Of a stretch of 35,981 nucleotides of DNA, positions 16,340 to 26,548 are shown piece by piece (position 1 is the stretch's first letter; the number at the start of each line of letters is the position of its first letter). The translations under genes and the position numbers were made by a program. The stretch lies in the IMG/VR virus record IMGVR_UViG_3300044678_001935, positions 1 to 35,981 of that record; one strand, 5' to 3'. The notes below the pieces were generated by a model that worked only from the letters and a program-made list of their open reading frames with translations, was not told where the DNA came from and ran no database searches. This DNA is from a virus (lineage: Duplodnaviria; Heunggongvirae; Uroviricota; Caudoviricetes).

Positions 16340-17092
16340 ATGGATACTAACATTTATTGGACTCTTCGTGGAAATTACGAAGAGAAAAAACAAAAGCTAG
16401 GTAAATGGCCTAGAGATCATATTGAGGCTATTATTCTAGATGTGACTTATAACAATTTCATTCGTGATTGTTGTGATAATAATTTATTAGCTCTTGAGTT
16501 TGGTGTTGAGACACCTATTCCAATTATTGGTTCACATTGGCGTCATATTGAATTTTCTTGCATCGGTAAAATCCCCATCGGTAAATCTCCTCGCATGGTT
16601 GGTTTCATGGTCAAAAACAAATGGGATTATCCCCAACGATATTTGTCTATTAATGAATCTCAAAATGTTATTGATTTATTAGACGAGGCTATTCAGCATA
16701 ATCAGGGTGAGAATTTTAAAGAAGTTGTGACTACTCTTTGGCGATTACGAGATTATATGCAAACACTAAGTTTTCAGCGAGTTGTTCAAGATTCTTATGG
16801 TGAGGGTAATTTCACCCGAGAAGAAGCTAAAAAAGCTATTCAAACCGTAAGAGGTCCAGATTTTTCACACCTTGTTGATTTTGAGCGAATCAATGGTGAT
16901 ACTATCGCTAGTTGTTTTAAAACCCAGGACGACGAAAGTGTTCTAGTGAGGCAACCGTTTAGGTGGTTACGGGACGGAAAAGTTGTTAGTAACGCTTATG
17001 AGTCTTATGATCTTGAATGTCTCTGCAATGAAAGGGGTTGGGAGATAGTTCATCGTTATGGTAATTCTTTGGCTATCGTAAGGACAAAATAA
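16340..17092 (+). CDS. Hypothetical phage protein
   Basis: 250 aa ORF. Confidence 0.7.
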   Translation: MDTNIYWTLRGNYEEKKQKLGKWPRDHIEAIILDVTYNNFIRDCCDNNLLALEFGVETPIPIIGSHWRHIEFSCIGKIPIGKSPRMVGFMVKNKWDYPQRYLSINESQNVIDLLDEAIQHNQGENFKEVVTTLWRLRDYMQTLSFQRVVQDSYGEGNFTREEAKKAIQTVRGPDFSHLVDFERINGDTIASCFKTQDDESVLVRQPFRWLRDGKVVSNAYESYDLECLCNERGWEIVHRYGNSLAIVRTK

Positions 17093-17095
17093 GCA

Positions 17096-17245
17096 ATGGA
17101 AATTCTTATTTTCTTAATTATCTTCTTATTACTTGGTCCTTCTCTTACTATTACTTTCGGAGAACCAATTTCTCATGAGAATAAGAACAAACCTAAAGGG
17201 GCGCCACCACTAAAACTTAAACGTAGGGAGGATACACATGAATAA
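17096..17245 (+). CDS. Small membrane-anchored peptide
   Basis: MEILIFLIIFLLLGPSLTITFG...KPKGAPPLKLKRR, 49 aa; fills the gap between genes. Confidence 0.45.
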   Translation: MEILIFLIIFLLLGPSLTITFGEPISHENKNKPKGAPPLKLKRREDTHE

Positions 17246-17525
17246 CATTCTCCAAATTTATGCCCAAAGTGGTCCTCATGACAGGGCTTTCATTTGCGGA
17301 ACCGTAGACGATTTAAAGCAGCTACGAGACCTTCTAGATTTAATGCTTCTGGAAAATTGGGATGGGGCTTATTTGGATACTTTCACTTCTGATGGTGAAG
17401 GTTACAGTCTAAAGATCATGAGACTAAAAGAAGAGGATTTTGATAAAATTATCAATCCTTATACTGAGAAAATCTTCTCAGAACAACCATCCAAAAACAG
17501 AAAACACCCTTGGTTTCTAACATGA
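17238..17525 (+). CDS. Hypothetical phage protein
   Basis: LQIYAQSGPHDRAFICGT...FTSDGEGY; GGAGG SD. Confidence 0.65.
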   Translation: MNNILQIYAQSGPHDRAFICGTVDDLKQLRDLLDLMLLENWDGAYLDTFTSDGEGYSLKIMRLKEEDFDKIINPYTEKIFSEQPSKNRKHPWFLT

Positions 17526-17875
17526 ATAAACTTACCGACGATCAGATTTTCGCCTTGACAGTCTTATCAGATCTATTGCGAGAGAGAACCAGTCTATTGC
17601 AGGAGAGAACAAAGCTCTCCAGGAGGTTATCAGTGATACGCCAAGCGTCTCCAGTCTTGGGGCGACGGATACTGCGGTCAAGATCAAGACAGGTGGTGCC
17701 AACCCCACCGCACCAGGCACCAGAGCCTGCAATGGTATCTGTTGGGGTCCTACACGTCTCAGATTTTAGGGGTTTTGAAAATTGCGAGTTTCAACAAACA
17801 GAAGATCTGCCTCCTGGAAGATATGAACTATTTTGCGATCCCCACAATCACAGCATTAATGGAGAATCTAACTAA
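17522..17875 (+). CDS. Hypothetical protein, GC-rich coiled-coil/Pro-rich N-terminus
   Basis: ATGA overlap at 17522. Confidence 0.5.
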   Translation: MNKLTDDQIFALTVLSDLLRERTSLLQERTKLSRRLSVIRQASPVLGRRILRSRSRQVVPTPPHQAPEPAMVSVGVLHVSDFRGFENCEFQQTEDLPPGRYELFCDPHNHSINGESN

Positions 17876-18072
17876 TGAATTGTCCTAAATGTTGTGCCTC
17901 TTGCGAATGTGATGAGGTAGATGTTGGAGCCAAAATCATTTATGGGCCGTGGAGTTGTCTTGAATGTGGGTGGTCTGAAGAAGAATATTATGACAGTTCA
18001 AATGGTATTCCAAAAGCACAAAAATATTCTAACACGCCACACCCTTATGGTGGTGGAGATTGCGACCATTGA
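17875..18072 (+). CDS. Small Cys-rich Zn-binding protein
   Basis: CPKC..CDEVDVG..IYGPWSCLECGWSE. Confidence 0.55.
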   Translation: MNCPKCCASCECDEVDVGAKIIYGPWSCLECGWSEEEYYDSSNGIPKAQKYSNTPHPYGGGDCDH

Positions 18073-18119
18073 TTTATTGTCAATGATAACATGGTAAATA
18101 GTTAAAACAATTCTCATCA

Positions 18120-18344
18120 ATGCAACGAACAACAATTCTGCGCTACATCGGTAATATATTTCTGATAGTTGGTTACTTCATTCTTCTTAATTCTGATATG
18201 TTGACCGGGTTAATCATAAAATGTATTGGTGGTCTCTTTGCCTTTCCTTTCGCTATTAAATACAAGTTGTGGGATGTGGTTTTTATATCCGCATTCTTCG
18301 GTGTTATTGACATTTCTAAAATTATTGAAATCTTAACAAAATAA
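18120..18344 (+). CDS. Small integral membrane protein (cyanophage-type)
   Basis: Three hydrophobic segments; TAAATA at 18095..18100. Confidence 0.65.
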   Translation: MQRTTILRYIGNIFLIVGYFILLNSDMLTGLIIKCIGGLFAFPFAIKYKLWDVVFISAFFGVIDISKIIEILTK

Positions 18345-18346
18345 TT

Positions 18347-19138
18347 ATGCTTGCTAATAATCTATTATGTAATCTCGGTCGTCTGGGTAATCAGATGTTT
18401 CAATATGCCTCGCTCAGAGGATTAGCAGCTAAGCATGATTATGAATACTGCTTACCACCAAAACAATTTCTTGGAACATTGGACCCTAATTGTGCAGTCA
18501 GTGATTGCACAATTTTTGACTGTTTTGAGCTACCAGAAGCACCAAGAATGATTCTTCAGGCTCAGACTTTAGAGGAATCTTGTTTTGAGTTAGACAAATA
18601 TCTTTGGAATTCTTGCCCGAACAATGTAACCCTTTTGGGTTATTTTCAAACAGAAAAATATTTTAAACACATAGAACAGGACATTAGAGATGCTTTTACT
18701 TTTAAGCCTTATATTACTACTCCTTGTCGTAATTATTACCTGAATAATTTTTCAACGGATACAATATCCTTACACATAAGAAGAGGTGATTATTTAAAAT
18801 ACACTCACCATCCAGTATTAGATTTGGATTATTATTATAGGGCTCTTAAAGAATTTCCAGATCTTCCTGTTTTAGTCTTTTCTGATGATCCTGAGTGGTG
18901 TAAAACCCAAGAACTATTCGCCTCTGATAGATTTAATATTTCACAATCAAACAATACAGCAGTAGATCTTTATCTTCAGTCTGTATGTAATTATCACATT
19001 ATCGCTAATAGTTCCTTCAGTTGGTGGGGTGCGTGGTTAGCGAAGAGTAAAAAAGTTATTGCACCTAAAAATTGGTTTGGTCCACCATTGACTCATAATA
19101 CCAAAGACCTATATCTTGAAGATTGGATTTTACTTTAA
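18347..19138 (+). CDS. Alpha-1,2-fucosyltransferase-like, glycosyltransferase family 11
   Basis: GRLGNQMFQYA, GYFQTEKYF, LHIRRGDY, IIANSSFSWWGAWL. Confidence 0.9.
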   Translation: MLANNLLCNLGRLGNQMFQYASLRGLAAKHDYEYCLPPKQFLGTLDPNCAVSDCTIFDCFELPEAPRMILQAQTLEESCFELDKYLWNSCPNNVTLLGYFQTEKYFKHIEQDIRDAFTFKPYITTPCRNYYLNNFSTDTISLHIRRGDYLKYTHHPVLDLDYYYRALKEFPDLPVLVFSDDPEWCKTQELFASDRFNISQSNNTAVDLYLQSVCNYHIIANSSFSWWGAWLAKSKKVIAPKNWFGPPLTHNTKDLYLEDWILL

Positions 19139-19156
19139 CCGTTACCGAGGAAGCTT

Positions 19157-19504
19157 ATGAATAATTTTGGAGAACTATTAGAGAATTGTCTTAAAGAAAC
19201 CGTAGATTCGGTTCTTTCTAAAAGAGAGGTTCCAGACATTGAATATGTTGAAACCGATAATCTAGGAGAAGTTGTAGAAAAGCTAGCTATTCTACACGTC
19301 CGAATGTGGATGCTGGAGGATCTAATCAACGTATCAACAACCGACGAAGAATTAGCAGATCTAAAACGTAAAATTGATATTTGTTTTAAACAAAAACGAC
19401 CTAAACTGGTTCAGGCAATCAACTTACTGGTGGATAACTCTATCACCAAAAATAAATCATTAAGAGAAGATTCTGTTAAAATTTATAAAGGTGTTCAAGA
19501 ATGA
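19157..19504 (+). CDS. Hypothetical helical protein (DUF4254-like)
   Basis: LGEVVEKLAILHVRMWMLED. Confidence 0.5.
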   Translation: MNNFGELLENCLKETVDSVLSKREVPDIEYVETDNLGEVVEKLAILHVRMWMLEDLINVSTTDEELADLKRKIDICFKQKRPKLVQAINLLVDNSITKNKSLREDSVKIYKGVQE

Positions 19505-20331
19505 GATATATTGTAGCTGGTCAATCTGACGCCAAAGGTGTTATTGGTGATGATTCCGCTGATTTGAATGTTTATTATGAGCTAGGTTGGGAAGTAACTC
19601 TCACAACTGTTATTGCAAAGACTCTTTTAAAAGAGGGCTCTCTATTTAAAACTGATACGATTGTAACGGCAAAGGACAGGGCCTTTTTCTACAGTAGTTT
19701 GTTTGACAATGTTATTGATTGGCATGAATTCAAACAAATAGAAAAAAGTCCAGAAGATGAAATCCATTTTCTCCCAAAGGACATAGATAACTGGTCTAGT
19801 TGGGAGAATAGAATAGATCCAGAGTTAGTCTGTAACTTTGATCTTATTACCGATGTGGAAAAAAGATTCAATGTTATCAAACCTTTCGGAATCTATTGTA
19901 TCCGGCTAAGAGATCATTGTTCTTGGAGAAACAGTAATATTGATGTTGCAAGAAGTGTAATTTCAAGATTTATCAATGAGTGTGGTATTGATATGTTTGT
20001 GATGGGTCAGAATTCTTCATTCTTATCCGAGGAGCTTGGTATTCCTAATATCTCATTACGAGAATATGCTTCTCTAATGGGTAGTAAACATTGTAAGTTT
20101 TGTGTTTCTCCAATGTCCGGTATTATTCAGATTGCTAACTTCTGTGGACACGAGAATCTATACAATTTCATTTTTGATCATAACAGCGAACGTGGACCCA
20201 CATTAGAAAACCATCCACTCTTTATGGGTAATAATATCAATCTTAAGAATGTAAAAAACATTATAATTCCTGGTCAAGAAACAGAGGAACAAATCTTTGA
20301 ATTATATGAAGAAAACGTTGTACATTCATGA
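19501..20331 (+). CDS. Hypothetical, possibly GT-B-fold glycosyltransferase
   Basis: 276 aa inside the GT island; IRLRDHCSWRN and VSPMSGI resemble GT-B C-domain segments. Confidence 0.4.
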   Translation: MRYIVAGQSDAKGVIGDDSADLNVYYELGWEVTLTTVIAKTLLKEGSLFKTDTIVTAKDRAFFYSSLFDNVIDWHEFKQIEKSPEDEIHFLPKDIDNWSSWENRIDPELVCNFDLITDVEKRFNVIKPFGIYCIRLRDHCSWRNSNIDVARSVISRFINECGIDMFVMGQNSSFLSEELGIPNISLREYASLMGSKHCKFCVSPMSGIIQIANFCGHENLYNFIFDHNSERGPTLENHPLFMGNNINLKNVKNIIIPGQETEEQIFELYEENVVHS

Positions 20332-21112
20332 TGAGTTATTTGCTCATGCAAGTACAAGCAGTTGGTATAATGAATCAGAATTATTTGAATGGTTAAGAGA
20401 GTACGATAAAGACTTTCTTGTTTTTACCGATAACTCAATTATGTTATCAGATTCTTATGATAATAAAAGAAAATATGCCTGGCTTGTTGAATCACCTGAG
20501 ATAAATCCAAACATATACGACTACATAAAAGTCAATTCGGATAAGTTCAATCTAGTATTTACTTTTGATAAAGAGCTACTAGAATTATCATCAAAATTTA
20601 AAGTAGCTCCTTTTGGTGGTTGTTGGATTAACGAAGAAGATAGAAAAATTCACAACAAGACCAAGTTGTTATCGGCTATTTTCTCATCAAAAAGATCAAC
20701 TTCTGGTCATTCTCTTAGAGCCGAAATAGAAGCTAATATTCCTAATTTAGATTACTTTGGTAATAAAAATAGAATTGAAAATAAGATAGAAGGACTAAGA
20801 GATTATCACTTCTCTGTTGTAGTAGAAAACACTAAAAGAGATTATTACTTCACTGAGAAGCTAATTGATTGTTTTGTAACTGGAACCATCCCAATTTATT
20901 GGGGTTGCCCTTCAATTGGAAATTTCTTTGATTCCGAAGGTATAATAACTTTTGATACAGTAGACGAGCTTAGGAATATTATTGGCACCCTAACCGTTGA
21001 ACAATATGAAGCCAAACTAGAAGCAGTTAAAAACAACTTTGTTATCGCAAAAAATTACTTAATCTGTGACGATATAATTTACAAAATACTAAAAAGACAG
21101 GAGAACCTATAA
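20306..21112 (+). CDS. Glycosyltransferase family 10-like (fucosyltransferase)
   Basis: YHFSVVVEN..YYFTEKLIDCFVTGTIPIYWG; start moved to 20306. Confidence 0.8.
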   Translation: MKKTLYIHDELFAHASTSSWYNESELFEWLREYDKDFLVFTDNSIMLSDSYDNKRKYAWLVESPEINPNIYDYIKVNSDKFNLVFTFDKELLELSSKFKVAPFGGCWINEEDRKIHNKTKLLSAIFSSKRSTSGHSLRAEIEANIPNLDYFGNKNRIENKIEGLRDYHFSVVVENTKRDYYFTEKLIDCFVTGTIPIYWGCPSIGNFFDSEGIITFDTVDELRNIIGTLTVEQYEAKLEAVKNNFVIAKNYLICDDIIYKILKRQENL

Positions 21113-21113
21113 A

Positions 21114-21725
21114 ATGTTATTAAATTTTAGAGACTTAAAAACCAAGTATAATATGAATATTACTGGTATTATTCATATTGGTGGTCATTATGGAGAGGAG
21201 ATACCAGAATACATTTCCAATGGTATTAATGATATTCTTGTGTTTGAACCACTATCGGAGAACTTCAGAGTCCTCTCTGAGAATGTAAAAAATCTGAGTG
21301 GTAACATTCATCTGTTTAATGTTGCTCTTGGGAATAGTGCCGGCCGGGCTACAATGTATGTTAGTGATAATGAGATGCAGAGTAGTTCAATTCTTCTTCC
21401 AAAGGTCCATTTAACACACCACCCAAATGTTGGATTCCCTACAACGGAAGAAGTGCAAGTTTGTGTTCTGGATTCTTATGATACTAAAGGATACAATTTT
21501 ATTAACATGGATGTTCAGGGTTATGAGCTAGAGGTTCTAAAGGGTGCAAGAGGAACATTGGCTCACGTTGACTATGTTTATTGTGAAGTCAATAGAGCCG
21601 AGGTTTATGAGAATAACGCCTACGTTGAAGATCTGGATGACTTTTTATCTCAGTACAATATGGTGAGAGTTGAAACCGATTGGGCTGGCGAAATTTGGGG
21701 CGATGCTCTTTATGTTAGAAACTGA
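21114..21725 (+). CDS. FkbM family methyltransferase
   Basis: IHIGGHYGEE, FEPL, NMDVQGYELEVLKGA, YCEV. Confidence 0.9.
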   Translation: MLLNFRDLKTKYNMNITGIIHIGGHYGEEIPEYISNGINDILVFEPLSENFRVLSENVKNLSGNIHLFNVALGNSAGRATMYVSDNEMQSSSILLPKVHLTHHPNVGFPTTEEVQVCVLDSYDTKGYNFINMDVQGYELEVLKGARGTLAHVDYVYCEVNRAEVYENNAYVEDLDDFLSQYNMVRVETDWAGEIWGDALYVRN

Positions 21726-21726
21726 A

Positions 21727-22365
21727 ATGAAAACATTAAACGATTATTTTGAAGGTGTCTTTTGTGTTAATTTGGAGAAAAGATCTGACCGATGGGCAAC
21801 TTGTAAAAAAGAATTTACCAAGCATAATATAGTAGCTCATAGATATTCTGCTGTTGATGGTAAAAGCCTAAATGAAGAGGTTTTTCCGAATTTAAGGAAG
21901 TTTGAGACGCCTGGTCAATTGGGTTGTCTTCTTTCTCAATATAATGTTATCAAGATCGCAAAAATGTGTAAATACTCTTCCGTTCTTATAATGGAAGATG
22001 ACGTTGAATTTTGTGATGATTTCAATGAACAGTTAGAAATCAAAATGCAAGATGTTCCAAAAGATTGGGATATGTTATTCTTCGGTGCCAATCACATCTT
22101 ACACCCTATAAAAATTACTGATAATGTTTATAGAATGACAAGGGCTTATTCCGCTCATTGTTATGCAATAAAAGATAATATTTACGATACTCTTTTAGAA
22201 TCATTATCACAATTCAGAGAACCCTTAGATGTAATTTATGCGAATCTTCAGCCAACGATTAACTCTTATGTTATCAATCCACATCTAGTCTGGCAGCGCC
22301 CAGGATATTCTGATATTTGTGAGTTGAATGTAGATTATAGGCACGTCCACAAAGTTTCGTTCTAA
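21727..22365 (+). CDS. Glycosyltransferase family 25
   Basis: CVNLEKRSDRW, AVDG, GQLGCLLS, IMEDDV; start moved to 21727. Confidence 0.85.
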   Translation: MKTLNDYFEGVFCVNLEKRSDRWATCKKEFTKHNIVAHRYSAVDGKSLNEEVFPNLRKFETPGQLGCLLSQYNVIKIAKMCKYSSVLIMEDDVEFCDDFNEQLEIKMQDVPKDWDMLFFGANHILHPIKITDNVYRMTRAYSAHCYAIKDNIYDTLLESLSQFREPLDVIYANLQPTINSYVINPHLVWQRPGYSDICELNVDYRHVHKVSF

Positions 22366-22367
22366 CT

Positions 22368-23018
22368 ATGTACAATAATGTAACAATGGTTTTGACAAGT
22401 TGTAATAGACTTGATCTGTTAGAAATCACAATTAATTCTATACCAAAAGAGACATTAGATAAAATTCCAAAGAAGATTCTTATTGATGATTCTGCCGATG
22501 TACAATGTTTCTCAGAGCTAGAAAAACAAAAAGAATCAGGATATCTGCAAAACTGGACACTACTTTTCAATCAAGAAAAACTGGGCCAGGCCGGAAGTAT
22601 AGATAGAGCCTATGCCGAAGTTGAAACAGAATACGTTTTTCATTGTGAAGATGATTGGTATTTTACCAATGGAGACTTTATTGATAGATCTTTAAAAATC
22701 TTAGACAAATACGATAACGTTCTTCAGGTAACTTTTAGAGAAGGTGAACCTCATAAATCTGCCGATGAGATATATGAATCAGACCAAGACCATGCTTTTA
22801 AGGTATGGATTCCTGGATGGCAAGGTTATCCAGGATTCACTTATAATCCAAATATCTTTCGGATCAGTGCTTATCAAGAAGTAAAACCCATTTGTGGTGT
22901 TAGCGAAAGAGATGTTGGGTTTAAATACGTTTCCATGGGCTGGCACACTGTCGTTTTAGAAAATAGATCTGTTCGCCACATTGGAGACGGAAGGCATGTT
23001 CAAAATTATGTTGTTTAA
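22368..23018 (+). CDS. Glycosyltransferase family 2-like
   Basis: LTSCNRLDLL, IDDS, FHCEDDW, HIG. Confidence 0.75.
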   Translation: MYNNVTMVLTSCNRLDLLEITINSIPKETLDKIPKKILIDDSADVQCFSELEKQKESGYLQNWTLLFNQEKLGQAGSIDRAYAEVETEYVFHCEDDWYFTNGDFIDRSLKILDKYDNVLQVTFREGEPHKSADEIYESDQDHAFKVWIPGWQGYPGFTYNPNIFRISAYQEVKPICGVSERDVGFKYVSMGWHTVVLENRSVRHIGDGRHVQNYVV

Positions 23019-23029
23019 TCAAGAATAAG

Positions 23030-23671
23030 ATGGTAAATTGTCAAGAATATTCTAATAATGGACACACTGTTATTATGGAAAATCATCTAGGGGGATTTGA
23101 AACTTCCACCGAAAGTTTTCCTAACGGTGATATGAATACTTTCAGCCCTAAACTTTGGGCGTATATTATTAAAAAATATAAAATTAAATCTGTTATTGAT
23201 GTTGGGTGTGGAATGGGATTCTCTCTTGTAGAATTCCTTAAACATTGTGAAGATGTTGTCGGTATTGATGGCTCTCCATATGCTCTTCAAAATTCACCAG
23301 TAAAAGATCATATTTTTGCTCATGATTATAGCAAGGGTGAGCTAGAGACCGAGGATCGTTATGATCTTTGTTGGTCTTGTGAATTCGTAGAGCATGTTAA
23401 TGAAGAGTACCGAGATAACTTTCTTTCAACATTTGCTTTTTCTAAGTATGTTGCAATGACATTCGCAGAACCAGGACAACCAGGACATCATCATGTGAAT
23501 TGTCAACCACAAGAATATTGGGTTGAACATTTAGCTCGCTTCGGGTTCAAATATGACGAAAAAGCAACCACATACATGAGAAGTGTTGCTAAGAAAGAAG
23601 GCGAAGAAGATGGTTATTTTAAGTATTTTGAAAAAACTGGACTATTTTTTGTAAAAGAGGATTTAACATGA
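23030..23671 (+). CDS. Class I SAM-dependent methyltransferase
   Basis: VIDVGCGMG, GIDGS, YDLCWSCEFVEHV. Confidence 0.85.
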   Translation: MVNCQEYSNNGHTVIMENHLGGFETSTESFPNGDMNTFSPKLWAYIIKKYKIKSVIDVGCGMGFSLVEFLKHCEDVVGIDGSPYALQNSPVKDHIFAHDYSKGELETEDRYDLCWSCEFVEHVNEEYRDNFLSTFAFSKYVAMTFAEPGQPGHHHVNCQPQEYWVEHLARFGFKYDEKATTYMRSVAKKEGEEDGYFKYFEKTGLFFVKEDLT

Positions 23672-24441
23672 AGAATGAAACCGTTGGTGCGCTCATGATG
23701 GTCAAAGATGAAATTGACATTATTGAGCATAATATCAATTATCTTTCAACCCAAGAATTAGATTTAATCTGTGTGTATGATAATAATTCTACAGACGGAA
23801 CCGGAGAAAAATTAAGTTGGTTATCTGATATTCATGACGAACTTCTCGTTCTGAATGATTCGGTTGTCGGTTATTACCAGGCCGATAAGATGAACAAATG
23901 GGCTAATGAAATATTTCAAGACGATATTGATGTTGTCATTCCTATTGATGCTGATGAGATATGGTATTCTAAAAATCCAAATTGTACTCTAGGTGGTGCT
24001 ATTAGAGCAACCGATGCTGATATTTTTGTGGCTAGATCTATGGATTATATCCCCACTCTTCTGGATAATTTTGGTGAACCTAATTTTATTAAAAGGATGA
24101 AGTATAGAAAGAAGGATTCTAATTCCTTTAACGCTGTTGCATTTAATTACAGCCCAGAGTTTTGGTTGGAAATGGGAAATCATAATGTTCTTAATCATCC
24201 AGGAGACAGAGTTTCCGACGTTATTGGCATCCGACATTATCAATACCGAAGTTTTGATCAATTTAGAAAAAAAGTTAGTAACGGTAAAAAAGCCTACGAT
24301 GCGACAAATCTTCCAGAATATATGGGAAGCCATTGGCGTAAATTAGGGGCTATGACTAATGATGAGTTGCGTGAATATTGGTTTGATTATTGCGTTGACT
24401 CGGTTGTAAATGATCCCTTTGTCGCTAAGAATTATGCCTAG
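23668..24441 (+). CDS. Glycosyltransferase family 2/92-like
   Basis: MMVKDEIDII, YDNNSTDGT, PIDADEIW, RHYQYRS. Confidence 0.8.
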   Translation: MKNETVGALMMVKDEIDIIEHNINYLSTQELDLICVYDNNSTDGTGEKLSWLSDIHDELLVLNDSVVGYYQADKMNKWANEIFQDDIDVVIPIDADEIWYSKNPNCTLGGAIRATDADIFVARSMDYIPTLLDNFGEPNFIKRMKYRKKDSNSFNAVAFNYSPEFWLEMGNHNVLNHPGDRVSDVIGIRHYQYRSFDQFRKKVSNGKKAYDATNLPEYMGSHWRKLGAMTNDELREYWFDYCVDSVVNDPFVAKNYA

Positions 24442-25135
24442 ATTATCTCTAGCTATTCCTACGTGTGGCTATCACGGTAAAGGTGATGCTCTATTGGATG
24501 ATTTATTAAGAACTGTTCAGATACAATCTTTTAAAGATTTTGAGATCGTTATTTCTGATCACAGTGAAGATGATAAGATTGAAACAAAAGTGCAAGAGTT
24601 TTCAGAACTCTTTGATGTAAAATATCATAGAAATTCTGATAAAAGAGGGAATAGTCCCGCGAATCTTAATAAAGCAATCTCTTTGTGTACTGGTGAAATC
24701 ATCAAGATTATGTTTCAAGACGACTTCTTTTATGACGATGAAGCCTTTGAGAAGATTTATTATAATCTAGCTGGTGACGATTCAAAGTCTTGGTTATTAT
24801 GTGGAACAAATCACACTCAAGACAATGGGCATAATTTCTGTTGGGATATTTTTCCACGATTTAATGATAATTTATTAGACGGTGTGAATACAATTAGTTC
24901 GCCTTCCGTTGTCGCATTTAAAAAAGATGTGCTAGTAAGATTTGACGAGGATCTGATCTATCTTATGGATATTGATTTTTATTATAACATGAGAAGGACT
25001 CATGGTGAACCGATTTATTATGACGATATATTAGTCACCAATAGAATCCACCAAGATAGTATCTCTAGCAATATTACAAATAGAGAAGAACTTCTTGAAA
25101 ATGAGTCCATTTATTGTAAGAAAAAATATGATTGA
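24434..25135 (+). CDS. Glycosyltransferase family 2
   Basis: LSLAIPT, EIVISDHS, NLNKAI, MFQDDF; start moved to 24434. Confidence 0.85.
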   Translation: MPRLSLAIPTCGYHGKGDALLDDLLRTVQIQSFKDFEIVISDHSEDDKIETKVQEFSELFDVKYHRNSDKRGNSPANLNKAISLCTGEIIKIMFQDDFFYDDEAFEKIYYNLAGDDSKSWLLCGTNHTQDNGHNFCWDIFPRFNDNLLDGVNTISSPSVVAFKKDVLVRFDEDLIYLMDIDFYYNMRRTHGEPIYYDDILVTNRIHQDSISSNITNREELLENESIYCKKKYD

Positions 25136-25712
25136 TTTTATCGTACCAAGTCTTGGTCGGGAAACTCTTCCAAATTCCACCAACTCTTTACTTAATCAAA
25201 CAAATCCAAATTGGCGATGTTATGTTGGTTTTGATGGTCTGGATGAAAACCAAATTTCTTCTGATCTTCTTGTTGAAGATTCCAGAATTCAATACTTATA
25301 TCTAAAAGAAAAATTGGGAACTTCTGAGTTTCATGGTAATGCTGGTAGAGTTCGCAACAGAATAATGGAATCTATTGAGAATCCTTCCGAATGGACTGGT
25401 TTTCTGGATGATGACGATGCTCTTTCCCAGTATTACGTTGAGATTCTAAATAACGAATTAGAAAAAGAAGCCTGTGATTGTTATGTTTTTAGAATGAATC
25501 ATGGTGGAAATATCATTCCGCCTTTTGATATGAATGTTCTCCAACAGAATTTTGTTGGTATTTCTTTTTGTGTTAGAACTAAATTCTTAAAAAGCCACAA
25601 TATCGGTTTCGTAAATAACAATGCAGAAGATTTTCTTTTTCTACAAGAGATTCATAAAAATGGTGGCAAAATAAAAATTCTTCCTGTTGTTGGTTATTTT
25701 GTTAGAGTATAA
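25128..25712 (+). CDS. Glycosyltransferase family 2-like
   Basis: FIVPSLGR, GFDG, FLDDDD; start moved to 25128. Confidence 0.75.
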   Translation: MIDFIVPSLGRETLPNSTNSLLNQTNPNWRCYVGFDGLDENQISSDLLVEDSRIQYLYLKEKLGTSEFHGNAGRVRNRIMESIENPSEWTGFLDDDDALSQYYVEILNNELEKEACDCYVFRMNHGGNIIPPFDMNVLQQNFVGISFCVRTKFLKSHNIGFVNNNAEDFLFLQEIHKNGGKIKILPVVGYFVRV

Positions 25713-26500
25713 TGGATAGAAATAAAGCATCTTATAAATTACAAGGATTCGGTCCTGTATATTATATCAATTTGGACGATAAAGAAGACCGAAAGGTTTT
25801 CATGGAGCAACAATTTGAACATTGGGATATTAAAAATTATGAACGAATTTCTGCTTTTGATGGAAGAAATAGTGATCTAAGTGAACACATTATCGGTAAG
25901 TATCCTGAAGGAATAACGACTCCCGAGCTAGGATGTACTTTATCACATTTGAAGGCTATAAAGCATTGGTATGACACGTCTGATACTCCTTATGCGATCA
26001 TTTGTGAGGATGATTGTCTGATTGATAATGCAAAGCATTGGAGCTTTACCTGGCAGGAATTCATGTCTAGAGTTCCTTATTGCTGGGATTGTCTACAATT
26101 AGCGATCATATCAACGGGGAATATCTCAGTCAATATCCACACGAGATTTGTTAACAATTTCTCCACTGCGATATACTGTATTAATCGTAGATACGCAGAG
26201 AAGTTATTGTCATTTCATTGTAAAGGTAATAAATTTAAATTGGATCAAAATATCAAGCCAAGAGCGGTTGCCGACGATTTGATCTATAATGGTGGCCTGA
26301 CCTTCTCATCACCAATATTTTTGTATGAGTTACGATTAGGAAGTTCAATACATGGTGAGCATTTGGATTTATTTCATAAGAAATCTTATGAAGGTCTGAG
26401 CAATTTTTGGTTTAATCAAGGAAAAGATATGTCTTTGGAACAAATAACTTTCTTTGATCCTTATTTCAGTAGAATTACAAACCCTGAACCCGTAGAGTGA
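25712..26500 (+). CDS. Glycosyltransferase family 25 (cyanomyophage-type)
   Basis: YYINLD, ISAFDG, ELGCTLSHLKAI, ICEDD. Confidence 0.85.
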   Translation: MDRNKASYKLQGFGPVYYINLDDKEDRKVFMEQQFEHWDIKNYERISAFDGRNSDLSEHIIGKYPEGITTPELGCTLSHLKAIKHWYDTSDTPYAIICEDDCLIDNAKHWSFTWQEFMSRVPYCWDCLQLAIISTGNISVNIHTRFVNNFSTAIYCINRRYAEKLLSFHCKGNKFKLDQNIKPRAVADDLIYNGGLTFSSPIFLYELRLGSSIHGEHLDLFHKKSYEGLSNFWFNQGKDMSLEQITFFDPYFSRITNPEPVE

Positions 26501-26548
26501 CAGTCTAAAAATCGTCCACTTGACAAGCATCGCGTTTCGTGGTAAAGT
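26499..26548 (+). promoter_or_regulatory. Sigma70-like promoter (late ATAAATA follows at 26572..26578)
   Basis: GACA-N10-CGTC, TTGACA(26520)-N17-TAAAGT(26543), TG. Confidence 0.7.
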
